Assembly: GCA_977017575.1 (NCBI GenBank)
Contig: CDRNVI010000019.1
Span: forward strand, 372,001-436,000
Reading direction: 5' to 3'
Origin: Paramoeba atlantica
Taxonomy: Eukaryota; Protista; Discosea
Length of the DNA stretch: 64,000 nucleotides
The notes under the pieces are model-generated. The model made no database searches. It saw only the letters and a list, made by a program, of their open reading frames with translations, and was not told where the DNA came from. Shown here in pieces: positions 21,701-31,577 of this stretch. The position numbers were made by a program, and so were the translations under genes. The stretch's first letter is position 1, and every line of letters starts with the position of its first letter.

Positions 21701-22459
21701 ATACTTTAGAACTTCAGGATACCATATAGCTGGAATTAAGTTTCGCAGAACCTCTTCAGATGCAGGCAAAATGCATTCCGAAGCAACTCCAAAGATCACT
21801 TGCAATAACAAAAGCAAATACGGCTCACTAACTTTTGTCCTTCCCCACTGCTTCGAAATTCGTCCAATAAGTTCAATCGCAGTTGATTCCACTGTGGAAC
21901 CTCCTCGTACTAGAAAAATATAACTTAACCACAGAAGTGTTCCCTGTACTTCAAGTTCGGGAGTCTGTTTTGCCTTTCCAAGCCAAACAGAGAAATACTC
22001 TAAAAACGCATTTGAGAGTTCACCCCTAGTGGAGAGAACAGTTTCCAGAATCAATAAAAACATAAACATCGATGAATTATTTTTCAATGCAAAGTCCAGT
22101 GTGTTAGATGTGATTCCAAAAGCGAGTTTATCAATGTCTATCTCCTCCATAATCAAAGGAAAAGCTTCAAGTGCTTTCTTGAGAAGTGCTTCCCCTTTTT
22201 CTTGTGTATCAAGACAGTGCTTGCGAGCACTGTTGTATGATATGGGCATGCGTATGGGTTCATGCAACTTTTGTAAACCTTCTACAAAAAATGATATATC
22301 GGCGCCTGAATCAGCCATGCAGGGCAAGAGTGTTGCCTGCGCTGCCCGCAGCGAAACAAACCTATGAGACAATAAAAGTGCAATCGAAGAATCTGATTTT
22401 GCTCTCATGACTCCGATCATTCTCCTCATTTGCAGACAGAAATGAAAGGTCACCATCAA
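18746..22459 (-). CDS. Large alpha-helical repeat protein, candidate mitochondrial RNA-binding protein (FAST/RAP/RESC-like)
   Basis: 1237-aa ORF with an Arg-rich presequence-like start (MRRMIGVMRAK) and recurring degenerate units such as QWSEIIGILYGFSRLG, NASQTSKLLFLYS and NESDMNLILEAYVR. The family call is inference. Confidence 0.5.
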   Translation of the reverse strand: MMVTFHFCLQMRRMIGVMRAKSDSSIALLLSHRFVSLRAAQATLLPCMADSGADISFFVEGLQKLHEPIRMPISYNSARKHCLDTQEKGEALLKKALEAFPLIMEEIDIDKLAFGITSNTLDFALKNNSSMFMFLLILETVLSTRGELSNAFLEYFSVWLGKAKQTPELEVQGTLLWLSYIFLVRGGSTVESTAIELIGRISKQWGRTKVSEPYLLLLLQVIFGVASECILPASEEVLRNLIPAIWYPEVLKYLGKSAKSNIDIPCLKIFPHLCALWPTEFTPQVHLTVMTGYLSCGIADKRLLRILINSMVHKLPDDLSTLLKIISLVSFTRGEWDETAKKLVFERLTKCLQFSDMEKGTHSLLQADSLISASDMELLVGPMKRILPFELSSLFMNDNKTQLNEPVLERMLYAVYNASSVQLRNIMHEWNTHNGPEASLQVSEQCQVKSENFLQCTYTRRIPISLFKACVRRVEDLTTSQGLGFHDADMLCQILEFVKIPTTHSMLSLERERMVYSGDDCKAEGEDMNSAYPILLRKAIEHIRFYTSDQLGRLTPTLDKIIDTVLTSGILLCRRPTTKDVTKSQSTEVTKLNLLSSSLINEDAKFAMEVNSFVLAVTAIIIDFPSNIDIAQHAVCFLRALITGATIGTRHAQAIVTSVGRILPHVHRYVAYMSAKHVIQCLDVIILASELPTNSDESMFWSPSVNSIETAGVISRSLFKAKIRLSNIIPSLMRRTQVLCSSMQWSEIIGILYGFSRLGTDFLGQYSATLSKAILLGVKEASGFDIAILFFVLKSSHKPYPDLLLQISRRMNALMPHQLSPDGGALILGLLSRMKGYPTRNVLIISEQILAHGAQMSLAKQLLAVSFSGQIIDQTCKAVRARVCHSSHPNQIAEKQDFDGLKSFRNIATVVARVASESCENIPAQSASIFFKSCLLSGIKDVGILEPLLRRLSCVNTRDMGLQAITDFFENLLLFTKCTIDPDNGNASYLCTTENSQVNFEKEIDVRKIVKAIDWTSMRKSVLDVSDQLVPDTLCNVLSSIHELKIPHAETWFFELQETVCKVVTRCNASQTSKLLFLYSDIRHFFWSITLFSAMAMRLTTLRMELEASQVIFSIRIFQELGFVPKFYFASMSAKIAGLFRTLNESDMNLILEAYVRAEISLERSLLTAITDALPGIEKCVDGSSTLETVELESLNDEPICLGNKLSGKSMQSYTVNKARLVEMYYLLNGQVFRRSS

Positions 22460-22843
22460 AACTTCACCGAACGTCAGACTTAAAAGTCGATACGGACATT
22501 CCCCTTACAAAATATTTCCGTCATGCTTCGCGCCTTGCTGATCATTAACCGCGTCAAAACTAATCGTAATGAGTTATGATCCAAAAATAAAAAATAAAAG
22601 CTTTTGATCTCTATAAACCCGATCTCTATAAATGCGATGCTCTACAAAAAATACCTTTGATGCGCCCCTAACATCAGCGCACTTAAATTAGTGTAGAACG
22701 GCAGTTTAACAAACCCCGCCATTCGAACTAGAATTGAAAGCAATAAATAAGCGGATCCTAGCAAGTTAAAATGACAGATTCTTATGACACGGCAAGCAAA
22801 ATGTCATCAATGGGTGATCTGAACACGCTTGCACATAAAGCAA

Positions 22844-25630
22844 TTAACACCTTTCAAAGACTTTGTACAGACTTTCCGTGGTTGCAATTCTCTGAATGAT
22901 GAACGGCGTGCCATGTTCCAGTAATTTGTCGTCTGCGGCGGGGTTAAGTGATTGAAGTGGAAGCAATAGAGCTCCTGGAGGAGTGTAGCGACTCTTTCGA
23001 ACCATACATAAAAATTCGTGTTGTAAGAATGAGTTCGAAACTTCTCTAAACTTTTGATAAGTTGGAAGATGACTTCCACAGGCTTTGCGACGATCACTTT
23101 CGGTACTCTCTTTCTCTCCAGCTAACCACAACGAGAGTGTCGTTATTCGAAACAGGCGTGCTAGACAGTTCGCAATGCACATAAAACATTCTGTTTCGTC
23201 AGGACTCTTTAATGCTAAAACTAAATTCTGAAGAAAAGCTGGAATGCACCCGGTATCCGGCCGGTAGGATTTGCATCCCAAAAGTAATGGTAAGCCAATC
23301 AATTGCGCACCATTTTCAGAAAATACGATGCCAAAATAGGAGGCGAGCATCTTCAAATGACATGAAAATGTTTCACAGCTCTCAGCTATAGCTTGCTCTT
23401 TGCACGAACTCACAGTTTTAGCGCCCTTTCTCAAAATTTCTGGTACGTCTAGCTCGAGGTTGATGCGCGGCCACCTACTCCAATAGATAAACACATGCTG
23501 AAAAGCAACGGATTCCGACAATGCGCTAACGTCTAAAAGGTACAGTGATGTCTTGTATTGAAGAAATGCATAACACGCTGTTAGATGTAGGCTGGCGAGA
23601 TTTTCAAATCCGACATCGTGCGTGCCACTTTGTCGAGAATTTTGTTCCAAACTATGTACAAATGCAGGTGAAAGTGAACCAACGAAAGAGCTGTTTCGCA
23701 AAATTTCATTTAGGACTGGACTCTTATCATCCTCAAATTTTTGTATAGCGTCTCGTACGCTAGTGAGAATGCTAGAGGGGTTCGATTGAATACTCCTGGG
23801 AAGAACGACGCGCTCTGTCCTTTTGCCCTTATGCTCTTCTTTAATCACAAGGTTATTTTCAGTATTTTTTGTGCTTGTAGGTGCGTCAGATTTGCTAGTA
23901 AGTGATTGCACGTGTGCGTCGTACTTAAATGAGCGATTCTGAAAGGCCAGAGGGACCTTTCCGGCTTCTGGTTCCTCGTCATCCCAATCATGCGGTACTT
24001 CTAGTTCATGAGGATTCATAGTATCGCTTTCGGATTCTGAAGCCTTAACTGTGTCCACTAATTTCGTAGCCTGACTTTCGGTAATATCGCCGTTTTTCGA
24101 CTTGTCATTGGTTTTCTGCAAATATTTTTCTATTTCTCCTCTTTGAGCGATAGATCGATCAACATGGTGAGGAGCAAGAACTGATTTAGCTGTCGTCACC
24201 ACGTCCGCGCTCTGCCTTCTCTCAGAATACAGGTTCTCACGCTCTTTGGGATGTAAATACTGCGGCTCCTTTGCGACCGTCTCAGGTTTTATATAAACTC
24301 GACTCGTATCTGGATCATTACAAACCTGTTCTGCGACCTCACATTCTTTGGCTTCGTCGTTCCGCGAATCGTTCGCACTACGCAAATCGATCTGCCTTGG
24401 TAAAGCTGCCTCACCAGAGATTTGACAATTCAAGGGATTAATGTCCTTTCGTTTTTCTGTTGACGCAATAACGGTTTCAACTATAGTATCGTAAATAACT
24501 TGAAGAACCGTGTCTTCAAATAAAAACTGAACCTTCTGTTTCGTGGGATGAACATTCACATCTAAATAGTCGGGACGTATTCTCAGACAGAGGTACACGA
24601 ACGGACGACACTTTCTGGGCAGTGTTCTCATATAGGCCTGCTCACAGCATCTACGTAAACAGGGAACTTGTACCCATCTACCATTGATAAAAAATATGAA
24701 CGTCGCCCTCCGAGTCGTGTAAAACGGTCCCGACACAAGTCCTGTAAAGTGCATAATTTGGTCAGGCTCTAAATTTTCGTCTATTTCGTTCACTCCATTT
24801 TCTATATTCTCCGACTGAGTAGAGCGCTGTGCTGATATCTCTTTCTCGTTATCCCTTCCGGATATTGCAAGAATTTCATCCGCGAGTGTTCCTCCGTAAA
24901 TATGTCGCAACACAAGCGCGGAAGTTTTCAGGCTTGCAGGAACATGAAGATCGACGTGACGAGAGCAATCACCGGACCCCAGCGTAAACCCTTTCCCCGG
25001 ATTCTGCAGCGCATACCGCTGTACAAGCTCTATCATTTTTGTAATCTCTTCTATCGTTCGAGAAAACGCACCCCTTCGTGTGGGGTAGTTATAAAACAGG
25101 TTTTCAATAATAAAAATAGTCCCGGAGCGGACTTTCTCCTCAGCAGTCCTGTGAGCCATAGCCGTTGGGGTTTCGCGACATTCGAGTAATTTGCCATCCC
25201 GGTACGTGCATGTGTACGCCATCGGACATGCCACTGTGATAGGTACCCTCTCCGTCCCCATTTGTGTGTCTGTTTTCAGCACCCCGGCATGACGGGTAAT
25301 CATTGTAACATGGGCCACATAACTCAGCGAGGCAATGGCCTCACCTCGAAATCCGAATGTGTCCAGTGAGGTCAAGTCCTCCACGCAGCGCAGCTTGGAC
25401 GTCGCGAACCGCTCCGCGACCAACGGAAAATCGTCCTTCGGTATTCCGCATCCATTGTCGATCACTTTCAACATTTGCAGTCCCCCATCTCGGTACTGTA
25501 TTGTGATCTGCGTCGCTCCCGCATCCAGTGAGTTTTCCAACAGTTCCTTTAGTGCAGCGCTGGGGGATTGGACCACTTCTCCTGCTGCAATACGATTGAT
25601 AACGTCTTCAGGTAATTTCAGAATTGTCAT
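22844..25630 (-). CDS. MLH1: DNA mismatch repair protein MLH1
   Basis: NRIAAGEVVQSP..ALKELLENSLDAGAT, DNGCGI, FGFRGEAIAS, DVNVHPTKQKV and the C-terminal LYKVFERC. Confidence 0.95.
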   Translation of the reverse strand: MTILKLPEDVINRIAAGEVVQSPSAALKELLENSLDAGATQITIQYRDGGLQMLKVIDNGCGIPKDDFPLVAERFATSKLRCVEDLTSLDTFGFRGEAIASLSYVAHVTMITRHAGVLKTDTQMGTERVPITVACPMAYTCTYRDGKLLECRETPTAMAHRTAEEKVRSGTIFIIENLFYNYPTRRGAFSRTIEEITKMIELVQRYALQNPGKGFTLGSGDCSRHVDLHVPASLKTSALVLRHIYGGTLADEILAISGRDNEKEISAQRSTQSENIENGVNEIDENLEPDQIMHFTGLVSGPFYTTRRATFIFFINGRWVQVPCLRRCCEQAYMRTLPRKCRPFVYLCLRIRPDYLDVNVHPTKQKVQFLFEDTVLQVIYDTIVETVIASTEKRKDINPLNCQISGEAALPRQIDLRSANDSRNDEAKECEVAEQVCNDPDTSRVYIKPETVAKEPQYLHPKERENLYSERRQSADVVTTAKSVLAPHHVDRSIAQRGEIEKYLQKTNDKSKNGDITESQATKLVDTVKASESESDTMNPHELEVPHDWDDEEPEAGKVPLAFQNRSFKYDAHVQSLTSKSDAPTSTKNTENNLVIKEEHKGKRTERVVLPRSIQSNPSSILTSVRDAIQKFEDDKSPVLNEILRNSSFVGSLSPAFVHSLEQNSRQSGTHDVGFENLASLHLTACYAFLQYKTSLYLLDVSALSESVAFQHVFIYWSRWPRINLELDVPEILRKGAKTVSSCKEQAIAESCETFSCHLKMLASYFGIVFSENGAQLIGLPLLLGCKSYRPDTGCIPAFLQNLVLALKSPDETECFMCIANCLARLFRITTLSLWLAGEKESTESDRRKACGSHLPTYQKFREVSNSFLQHEFLCMVRKSRYTPPGALLLPLQSLNPAADDKLLEHGTPFIIQRIATTESLYKVFERC

Positions 25631-26287
25631 GGCCTCAATGGGTGCACGAGCTTCAAGTGTTCATGTCGATATTAACAAGGATTAGCAAATACAGAAAAAT
25701 AGCAAATACGGAATGTAATTGAAAAAATGTAATTGAAAGAATGTAATTAAGCTCGAAAGAAGCTGTACGTAATGAAGCTCACAAGCTGATTAAATTTAAA
25801 TAGGTTACGTAGATTTACAAGGTAATTTGAGTAGTTCGTGACAATTGTTCAACACTATACAAAATATTTGCTCATGTAACGTAATACATGTATATCGACA
25901 TTTGATTGGTATTTCTTTTAAAAAAGTAAGTCTCGATCCAAAGTCACCCCGATTGAAGAATCCCGTCTCCTTGAATTTGGGAAAACTCGACGAATAGGGA
26001 TAGCGTCTGTTCACCTGGTCTATCTATGCGTTTGTACTGAAGCCCATAAATGTGCACATGTAAACTTGAACTAATGCTCTTTGCTACTCGGACTAGTTTC
26101 ACTACTTTATAATTTTGTAACTGTAACTGACGGCTTCATCAGGCGAACTGTCGTTTGGGTCAGAAGAATATGTAAGTCGAATTCAAGAAATAGGTTCGGC
26201 GAAACCGTATCTCTTCGATGCGTTTCATTCCAAAGCAATAAATCGTAATGCTCGTTATTAAACTTTTTTACATTGTTTCCATCCAAA

Positions 26288-27013
26288 TTACCGAATGGTG
26301 GGATCATCTGAGTCAACTACATTATCGTCTATTTGTCTTAAATCATAAAGGGCCATAATGGGAAGCTTTGACAATTGAGCTTCAAGACACTTCTTTTTGT
26401 TCTCTTCCACGTTCCTCCTGTCACTTCCCCTGTCGACAACATAAAGCGCACCTTTCAGCTGTATATTTTCCTTTTGCAACGCTTTCACGCCTTCCACAAG
26501 ACTACTCCCCGTGGAGTTCACATCATCCAACCAGATCGCCTTTTGCTCTCCAGGAGCCGAATCCATGGAACCTTCCAACAGGCGTTGCGTGCCTGTTTTC
26601 TTAGCCTGCTTGCGCATATAAAGCAACTTTGCATTCTGAAGGTACGGGGATGAATTTATCAAGGCGTTCAAATGTAACGTTGCGGCCAGTTGGCTCACTA
26701 GAATGCCCCCGACGGTTTCCATGCCTACAATATAAAATGTTTCATTTGGTTTGATCTCACTCGCTGCACATATCCTAGGTAGGGCCTCGAGTAGCAAGTG
26801 AGATACCCTCGGGGCTACGTGGGGACAGAGTAGAGTGGAGGACAAATTGAGAAGGTAGGGGAGTGTGAGTCCAGCGGTTGTGATGAAAGGCCCTGTGGTA
26901 ACGCGCTCGGCTATGCGCCGCAAGACCCACTCGTAATCCTCCGATGTTGGGTTGTTGCTCGATAAGGAGGAGAGAATTTCGACACTGAGGTACGTTTCCG
27001 GGTGTTCATTCAT
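26288..27013 (-). CDS. pyrE: Orotate phosphoribosyltransferase-like protein, stand-alone
   Basis: GPFITTAG..PYLLN, VGMETVGGIL, flexible loop RKQAKKTGTQRLLEG and PRPP loop WLDDVNSTGSS. Start reassigned to MNEHP at 27013 because the ORF-track extension to 27247 runs into a repeat. Confidence 0.75.
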   Translation of the reverse strand: MNEHPETYLSVEILSSLSSNNPTSEDYEWVLRRIAERVTTGPFITTAGLTLPYLLNLSSTLLCPHVAPRVSHLLLEALPRICAASEIKPNETFYIVGMETVGGILVSQLAATLHLNALINSSPYLQNAKLLYMRKQAKKTGTQRLLEGSMDSAPGEQKAIWLDDVNSTGSSLVEGVKALQKENIQLKGALYVVDRGSDRRNVEENKKKCLEAQLSKLPIMALYDLRQIDDNVVDSDDPTIR

Positions 27014-27120
27014 GCTTGTAGAATGCTGCGAATTCGTGCGGAGCCTAAAAAGATCAAATCGTTGGTTTTCAGAACCAAACTGTCTAAAAAATAGACAAAG
27101 CAATACGATGGATTGATATT

Positions 27121-27815
27121 GCGGTGTTTGTATAACTACCGCTCTACCCTCGATTATTGAAAAAAAAGTGAACAAAAACAGTGAAAATATAAAGAGAAAC
27201 ACAGTAATATAATAGAAGAAAAAAAAAAGGGGGCCCCGGTGGTCCAAAGCTGAAAAAAAAATTCAAAAAAATGGGGGGTCCATGGGGGTGGAGGGCGTAT
27301 GTCGCGAATTTTTTTTCGAATTTTTTGCTTTTCGAAATCGAGCGTAGGGAAGTGGTAGAGTATACCGCGGCGATAATTTTCCACCCCCCCCCTGGTACGC
27401 GCGGGAGGGGTCCGACAAGGTCAAAAATTCCGAAATTTTTGGGGTGACCAAAAAAAAGTCTTTTTAGACCCAAAAAAAAGTAAAAATCTTATTTTTCCAA
27501 AATCGACTCCTAAAACGTGTTTTAGGAGTTTGGGACCTCAGCTACCATTCTGCGACTTTTTTTGAGTCAGATTCGCCTCCTACCCCTACTGGTAAGGCAT
27601 CCAAAACGTCCCAAATTTGGGTTAAAATTTCACATTTTTTGGCGAAAAATCGAGGTTTTTACCCCCAAAAAATAGATTATTCATGATCTTTTCGCGATTT
27701 TTCTTTTTTAGGCTCTTCGTTAAACGCGGCGGTAGTTTTCAACGCGAAGCGCGCAGCATGTGTGACTTCTAAGTTGAAAACAACCACCGCGTTTACCGAA
27801 GAGCCTAAAAAAGAA
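27121..27815 (+). repeat. Interspersed repeat with a short terminal hairpin and a 115-bp terminal palindrome
   Basis: The left part aligns with 48524-48950 and the palindrome at 27701-27815 recurs at 55230-55344. Confidence 0.85.
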
Positions 27816-28028
27816 TAGATGGGTAGCGGAACTTATAGTAACGCACATCACAGTGCATATTACATATTACAGTGCATATTACATATAAAACGTACTGAAA
27901 ATATTAAAATATTCGTTAGTCCGAAAATGCTTCACAGGGAAACATCTGAGTCTCCGCAGGGGAAACGCTAAGCAATTATTCGGCGGTAAGAGCGGAAGAA
28001 CAAAGTAAAAGTGGTTGCAAACTTTTGG

Positions 28029-29957
28029 TTAGGATTGGAATATGTTTACTTTTTCTTCAATTACTTGAAGGGGAATTTGGAACACTCGCGCTGAGGTCTT
28101 GAAACAATTCATTCCCTCATCTAAATTTATTTTCGTTGCAATGTTCCCAGGATCCGCACACTGAGCAAATTTTCGTAACATTTTTAATGTTGTGAGGATG
28201 AGTTCCTGCTGGTAGGCATACAATTCAGATCTCGAAATAGTGCCAGGACTCTGCTCAGTACGCCCCCGTAAAGGCTTTCCGTGAAATCCTGTAAAGGATA
28301 GTTTGTTTGATAGACTCCAACTAATATGCAGAAGCAGCGCTCTTGATATCTCCCATGGGAACCTTGCTATTTGACAGTTGGATTGCGCTTTGGTAGCGTA
28401 ACTTTCAAACAAGAAATGTAAAAAGTTCGCCGCACTTACCCACGGCACATCTGATTGAAGCGAAGGCAAGTCAATGTCACGCAGTACGATGATTTCTTTG
28501 CACAAAAACTCGGCTGAAGCATAAACCGTCTGCACCGTATTATGCCAGACACCTAAATAGTGAGCAAGACGAATCAATCTACGAGCCACAACGCGTACTT
28601 CAGCCGCGTGGGTTTTGTACACAGTTTCGATAATATCCTGAAATCTTTGATAAAGTGCAGAATCGATGCCGCTGTCTGACATGTTGTCTCCAATCCAATT
28701 TCTACATCCCCATTGACAAGTGATATCATTTTCGAACTTTGGGGGAACTGCTTCCGATAAGCGACGAATATCATCCTCTGTATGTATTTTACCTAGCAAT
28801 TGGGTAAATAATCGGATTTTATAGTTTTCGTCAGTGGTCACAACTTCATGAATTCTCTCCGACTTCGTCAAAAGTTCTAGTAGTTCTGGAATATCCATTC
28901 CGTGTGGTGCAATAATATTCGTATCATTTTCTTCTGGAAGATCTGCGTTCGTTTTTGTCAGAACAAAGCCTCGCGCGTCCGTCATTACCTTTAGGTGCGT
29001 CTTTCTATAGTCTTCAGCAAGTGTGTCAACCTCGTTCTCCGAAAGACGACCTATATTATTGAGATTACAAGCAAGTGAAGTGTCTGCGCTCTCTTCACGG
29101 AGGAGGGCAGACGCATCGCTTTCCACGGCAGATAGAAGGGCTAGCGTGTCGCAAAGCATTTGCCTTCCATACTCTACGCTGCAAAGCGAAGCAATTTCTT
29201 TTCGGAGAACACAAACTAAGGACTTTCGCTTCGTGTCAGAAAGTGCATCTATTTTGATAGCTTTAAGGTAGGAGAGCATAATGTGGTAGGGCAGTGATTC
29301 CAACGGAGCACAGGTTTCTAAAGACTTTTCTTGATCTAAGGCATCTTCCATTTCTTTGGCCGCTTGCAACAGTTTTCCCAACTCATTGACTTCAAGCTGA
29401 ATCAGACGCATGTACAATTCCTGGCATTCGGGTGCAAAACGTAAGGCTCTTTGTATCGTTTGTCGTATGTGTTGTGCCTCAAATGTAACTTTGCCTTGTA
29501 AAGATAAAGCTAAGGACCATAAGGCCGCGCAAGTTGGGTCGCGAGCGATCTCTTGTGCCAAAATTCTGGACAAGCGTCTGTGCCTCTTCGTGCGCAAAAG
29601 GTAGTTGCCATAGGCATGAAGGACATCTAGTTTTTTGCTTCGAAATTTCCCGAGACACTTCATATACAAGTGATCAATACATTGCCAGACGTACTGTCTC
29701 CACTTTTTCGGGATTCTCGTCCCAAGCTTTCGACTTTTCCGCCTTACTTTTTTGTCTAAACGCTCTTCCAACTCAATAGCACCCTTAAAGTCTCGCAGTA
29801 ATGGCTTTTGACTCAGTCTGTAAGCGAATTCAGTGCGTTCCTCTATGATTCTCGATGCTTCATTCTTGCTCAAAAGCTTTGCAGTGATGTAGTATTCGAT
29901 AGATGGTAGACTACTCTCAAGGCGGAATCTGATGCTTTCGTTTGACATCCCATACAA
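28029..29957 (-). CDS. UTP6: U3 snoRNA-associated protein 6 (HAT repeats)
   Basis: N-terminal IRFRLESSLPSIE...LLSKNEASRIIEERTEFAYRL, followed by HAT-like units (DPTCAALW, ALRFAPECQELY). Confidence 0.75.
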   Translation of the reverse strand: MYGMSNESIRFRLESSLPSIEYYITAKLLSKNEASRIIEERTEFAYRLSQKPLLRDFKGAIELEERLDKKVRRKSRKLGTRIPKKWRQYVWQCIDHLYMKCLGKFRSKKLDVLHAYGNYLLRTKRHRRLSRILAQEIARDPTCAALWSLALSLQGKVTFEAQHIRQTIQRALRFAPECQELYMRLIQLEVNELGKLLQAAKEMEDALDQEKSLETCAPLESLPYHIMLSYLKAIKIDALSDTKRKSLVCVLRKEIASLCSVEYGRQMLCDTLALLSAVESDASALLREESADTSLACNLNNIGRLSENEVDTLAEDYRKTHLKVMTDARGFVLTKTNADLPEENDTNIIAPHGMDIPELLELLTKSERIHEVVTTDENYKIRLFTQLLGKIHTEDDIRRLSEAVPPKFENDITCQWGCRNWIGDNMSDSGIDSALYQRFQDIIETVYKTHAAEVRVVARRLIRLAHYLGVWHNTVQTVYASAEFLCKEIIVLRDIDLPSLQSDVPWVSAANFLHFLFESYATKAQSNCQIARFPWEISRALLLHISWSLSNKLSFTGFHGKPLRGRTEQSPGTISRSELYAYQQELILTTLKMLRKFAQCADPGNIATKINLDEGMNCFKTSARVFQIPLQVIEEKVNIFQS

Positions 29958-30161
29958 TCAGTAAAAAAGAAATACAACGTAAAAAAATCCCTTTGTTCTA
30001 AGTAAAACCAGTCCTAAGTTCTAAAGTCCTGAGTTAAACCAGTCCCCCAGGTCTAAATGAAACGTTAGAATAGAGAGAACAACAATTCTTTCCGATCTCT
30101 ATCAAGACGAATTCACAGTGTACCAATCTCTTTGTGGGATCCATAGTGTCTAATCACATCC

Positions 30162-31267
30162 CTACCTGATTCCGAATAAAAATATCACTCCGGCAAGACA
30201 CAACGCAGCGGCCCCCGTAGCTAGGTACGCGACGCCCAGAAATAAACCATTCCCACCAAACCACGAGTGCGTGGCAATCACGATGTACTTCCGCGAGCCG
30301 AAACCGGACACGTCAAAGCGGTTCGTGATTTCCAGGGTGTAGGGCCCAGGCTCAAGGTCCGTGGTGAACCGACGCCACAGCTTCCTAAACGTCGGCAAGC
30401 TCGCCGTACTCATCCAGACCATCAAGTCCTCATCCGAGGTACACGGAATCCGATGCCCCGCCTCCCCGTAGTAATACCCATTCCTGGCAAAATAATCCCT
30501 ATGATTCGGCAACCCCTCACACGTCAACAAATTCTCCCCTTGCGGGGGCCTAAACTTCTGCCTACGATCCGATTCCCACGCAATCCCTTTCTTCTCACAC
30601 CCCATCTCCTCCGTCGGGGCCCCCTCCCGATCAAAACTCGCCGTGTCACACACCAACGACCGATTCCCGGAGTTCTCCCCTCCACGATACATCCGGACCG
30701 TGTCATTAAACATACTCCACGGGACCAACCCACACGGGGCGTAGATCAACTCCTCCGCCCCCTCCCCCTCCGCCCCCTCCCGCACCCTAAACCCCGTCCG
30801 CGGCCCACACCCCTCCACCAGCCCCTCCCGACTCACCACGTGCCCACTCAACTGGGCCTCACTCCTGGAGGCGCCATACCCGCGGTGGTTCTGATAGAAC
30901 CCCGTCAGTTTGTAGTACAACGAGGTACCGGGGGAGGGCAACCGCACCGGGAGGTGAATCGAGACCACCTCCACACACCCGGTTGCGATTTCATAGCGAC
31001 CCCTACCCCCCTCCCTACTCCTACCACCCCCCCTCCCCTCCCCGACCCCGGGGGAGGGGTCCCCCACACAGGGGGGGGTGCCGTAGGGGATCTCGAGCTC
31101 CACGGCGTTCGTGCTCTCGACCAACGCGGCGATCCCGACCGGGAGGAACACGAGCGCGACGAGCGTGAGGAAGTAGCCGGTGGTGCGGGGGGCGTAGCGG
31201 GGGCGCCAGGTGAGGGTGGAGGGGGTCCAGGGGGTGGGGGGGGAGGTGCAGGGGTTGTGTCGGACAT
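30162..31267 (-). CDS. CDC50/LEM3 flippase beta subunit, with an apparent frameshift near the 5' end
   Basis: YYKLTGFYQNHRGYGASRSEAQL, YAPCGLVPWSMFNDT, KKGIAWESDR, DLMVWMSTASLPTFRKLW, SWFGGNGLFLGVAYL. The ATG at 31267 is out of frame with the main ORF across a G run. Confidence 0.85.
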
Positions 31268-31577
31268 GGGAGAAAAGAGAAGGGGAGGGGTGTACTCCCG
31301 GGTGTGGGGAGGGAAGGGGTTAAAGGGAAAAAAAAAGGGGGGGGGGGTGAAATTTTCTAGGGTTTTAGAGGTATGGAAAGGAAGGGTGAAAAGGTGTGGG
31401 GGGGTGATGGGGGTGGGAATGGAGAAGGTGGTCTTCTTTTTATTATAGAGATGTAGGTTAGAAAAAATTATTGTTAAAGTATGGTAGGATGCTAGTTATA
31501 GCCTTTTTTGAAATGTGAAACTTTGCTCCCTTACCTGCTTTTCTCCTTTAGAGAACAGCACTTGTACGCTTCTTCTT

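Noticed and set aside
27014-27247. Hydrophobic N-terminal extension of OPRT that looks like a membrane anchor
   Set aside because: Its hydrophobic part is the translated T-rich strand of the interspersed repeat, which gives nearly the same peptide at 48547-48879.
30267-31448. 393-aa plus-strand ORF opposite CDC50
   Set aside because: Low-complexity Pro/Gly shadow produced by the GC-rich skew patch; the same applies to the ORFs overlapping eIF3f and PSP1.
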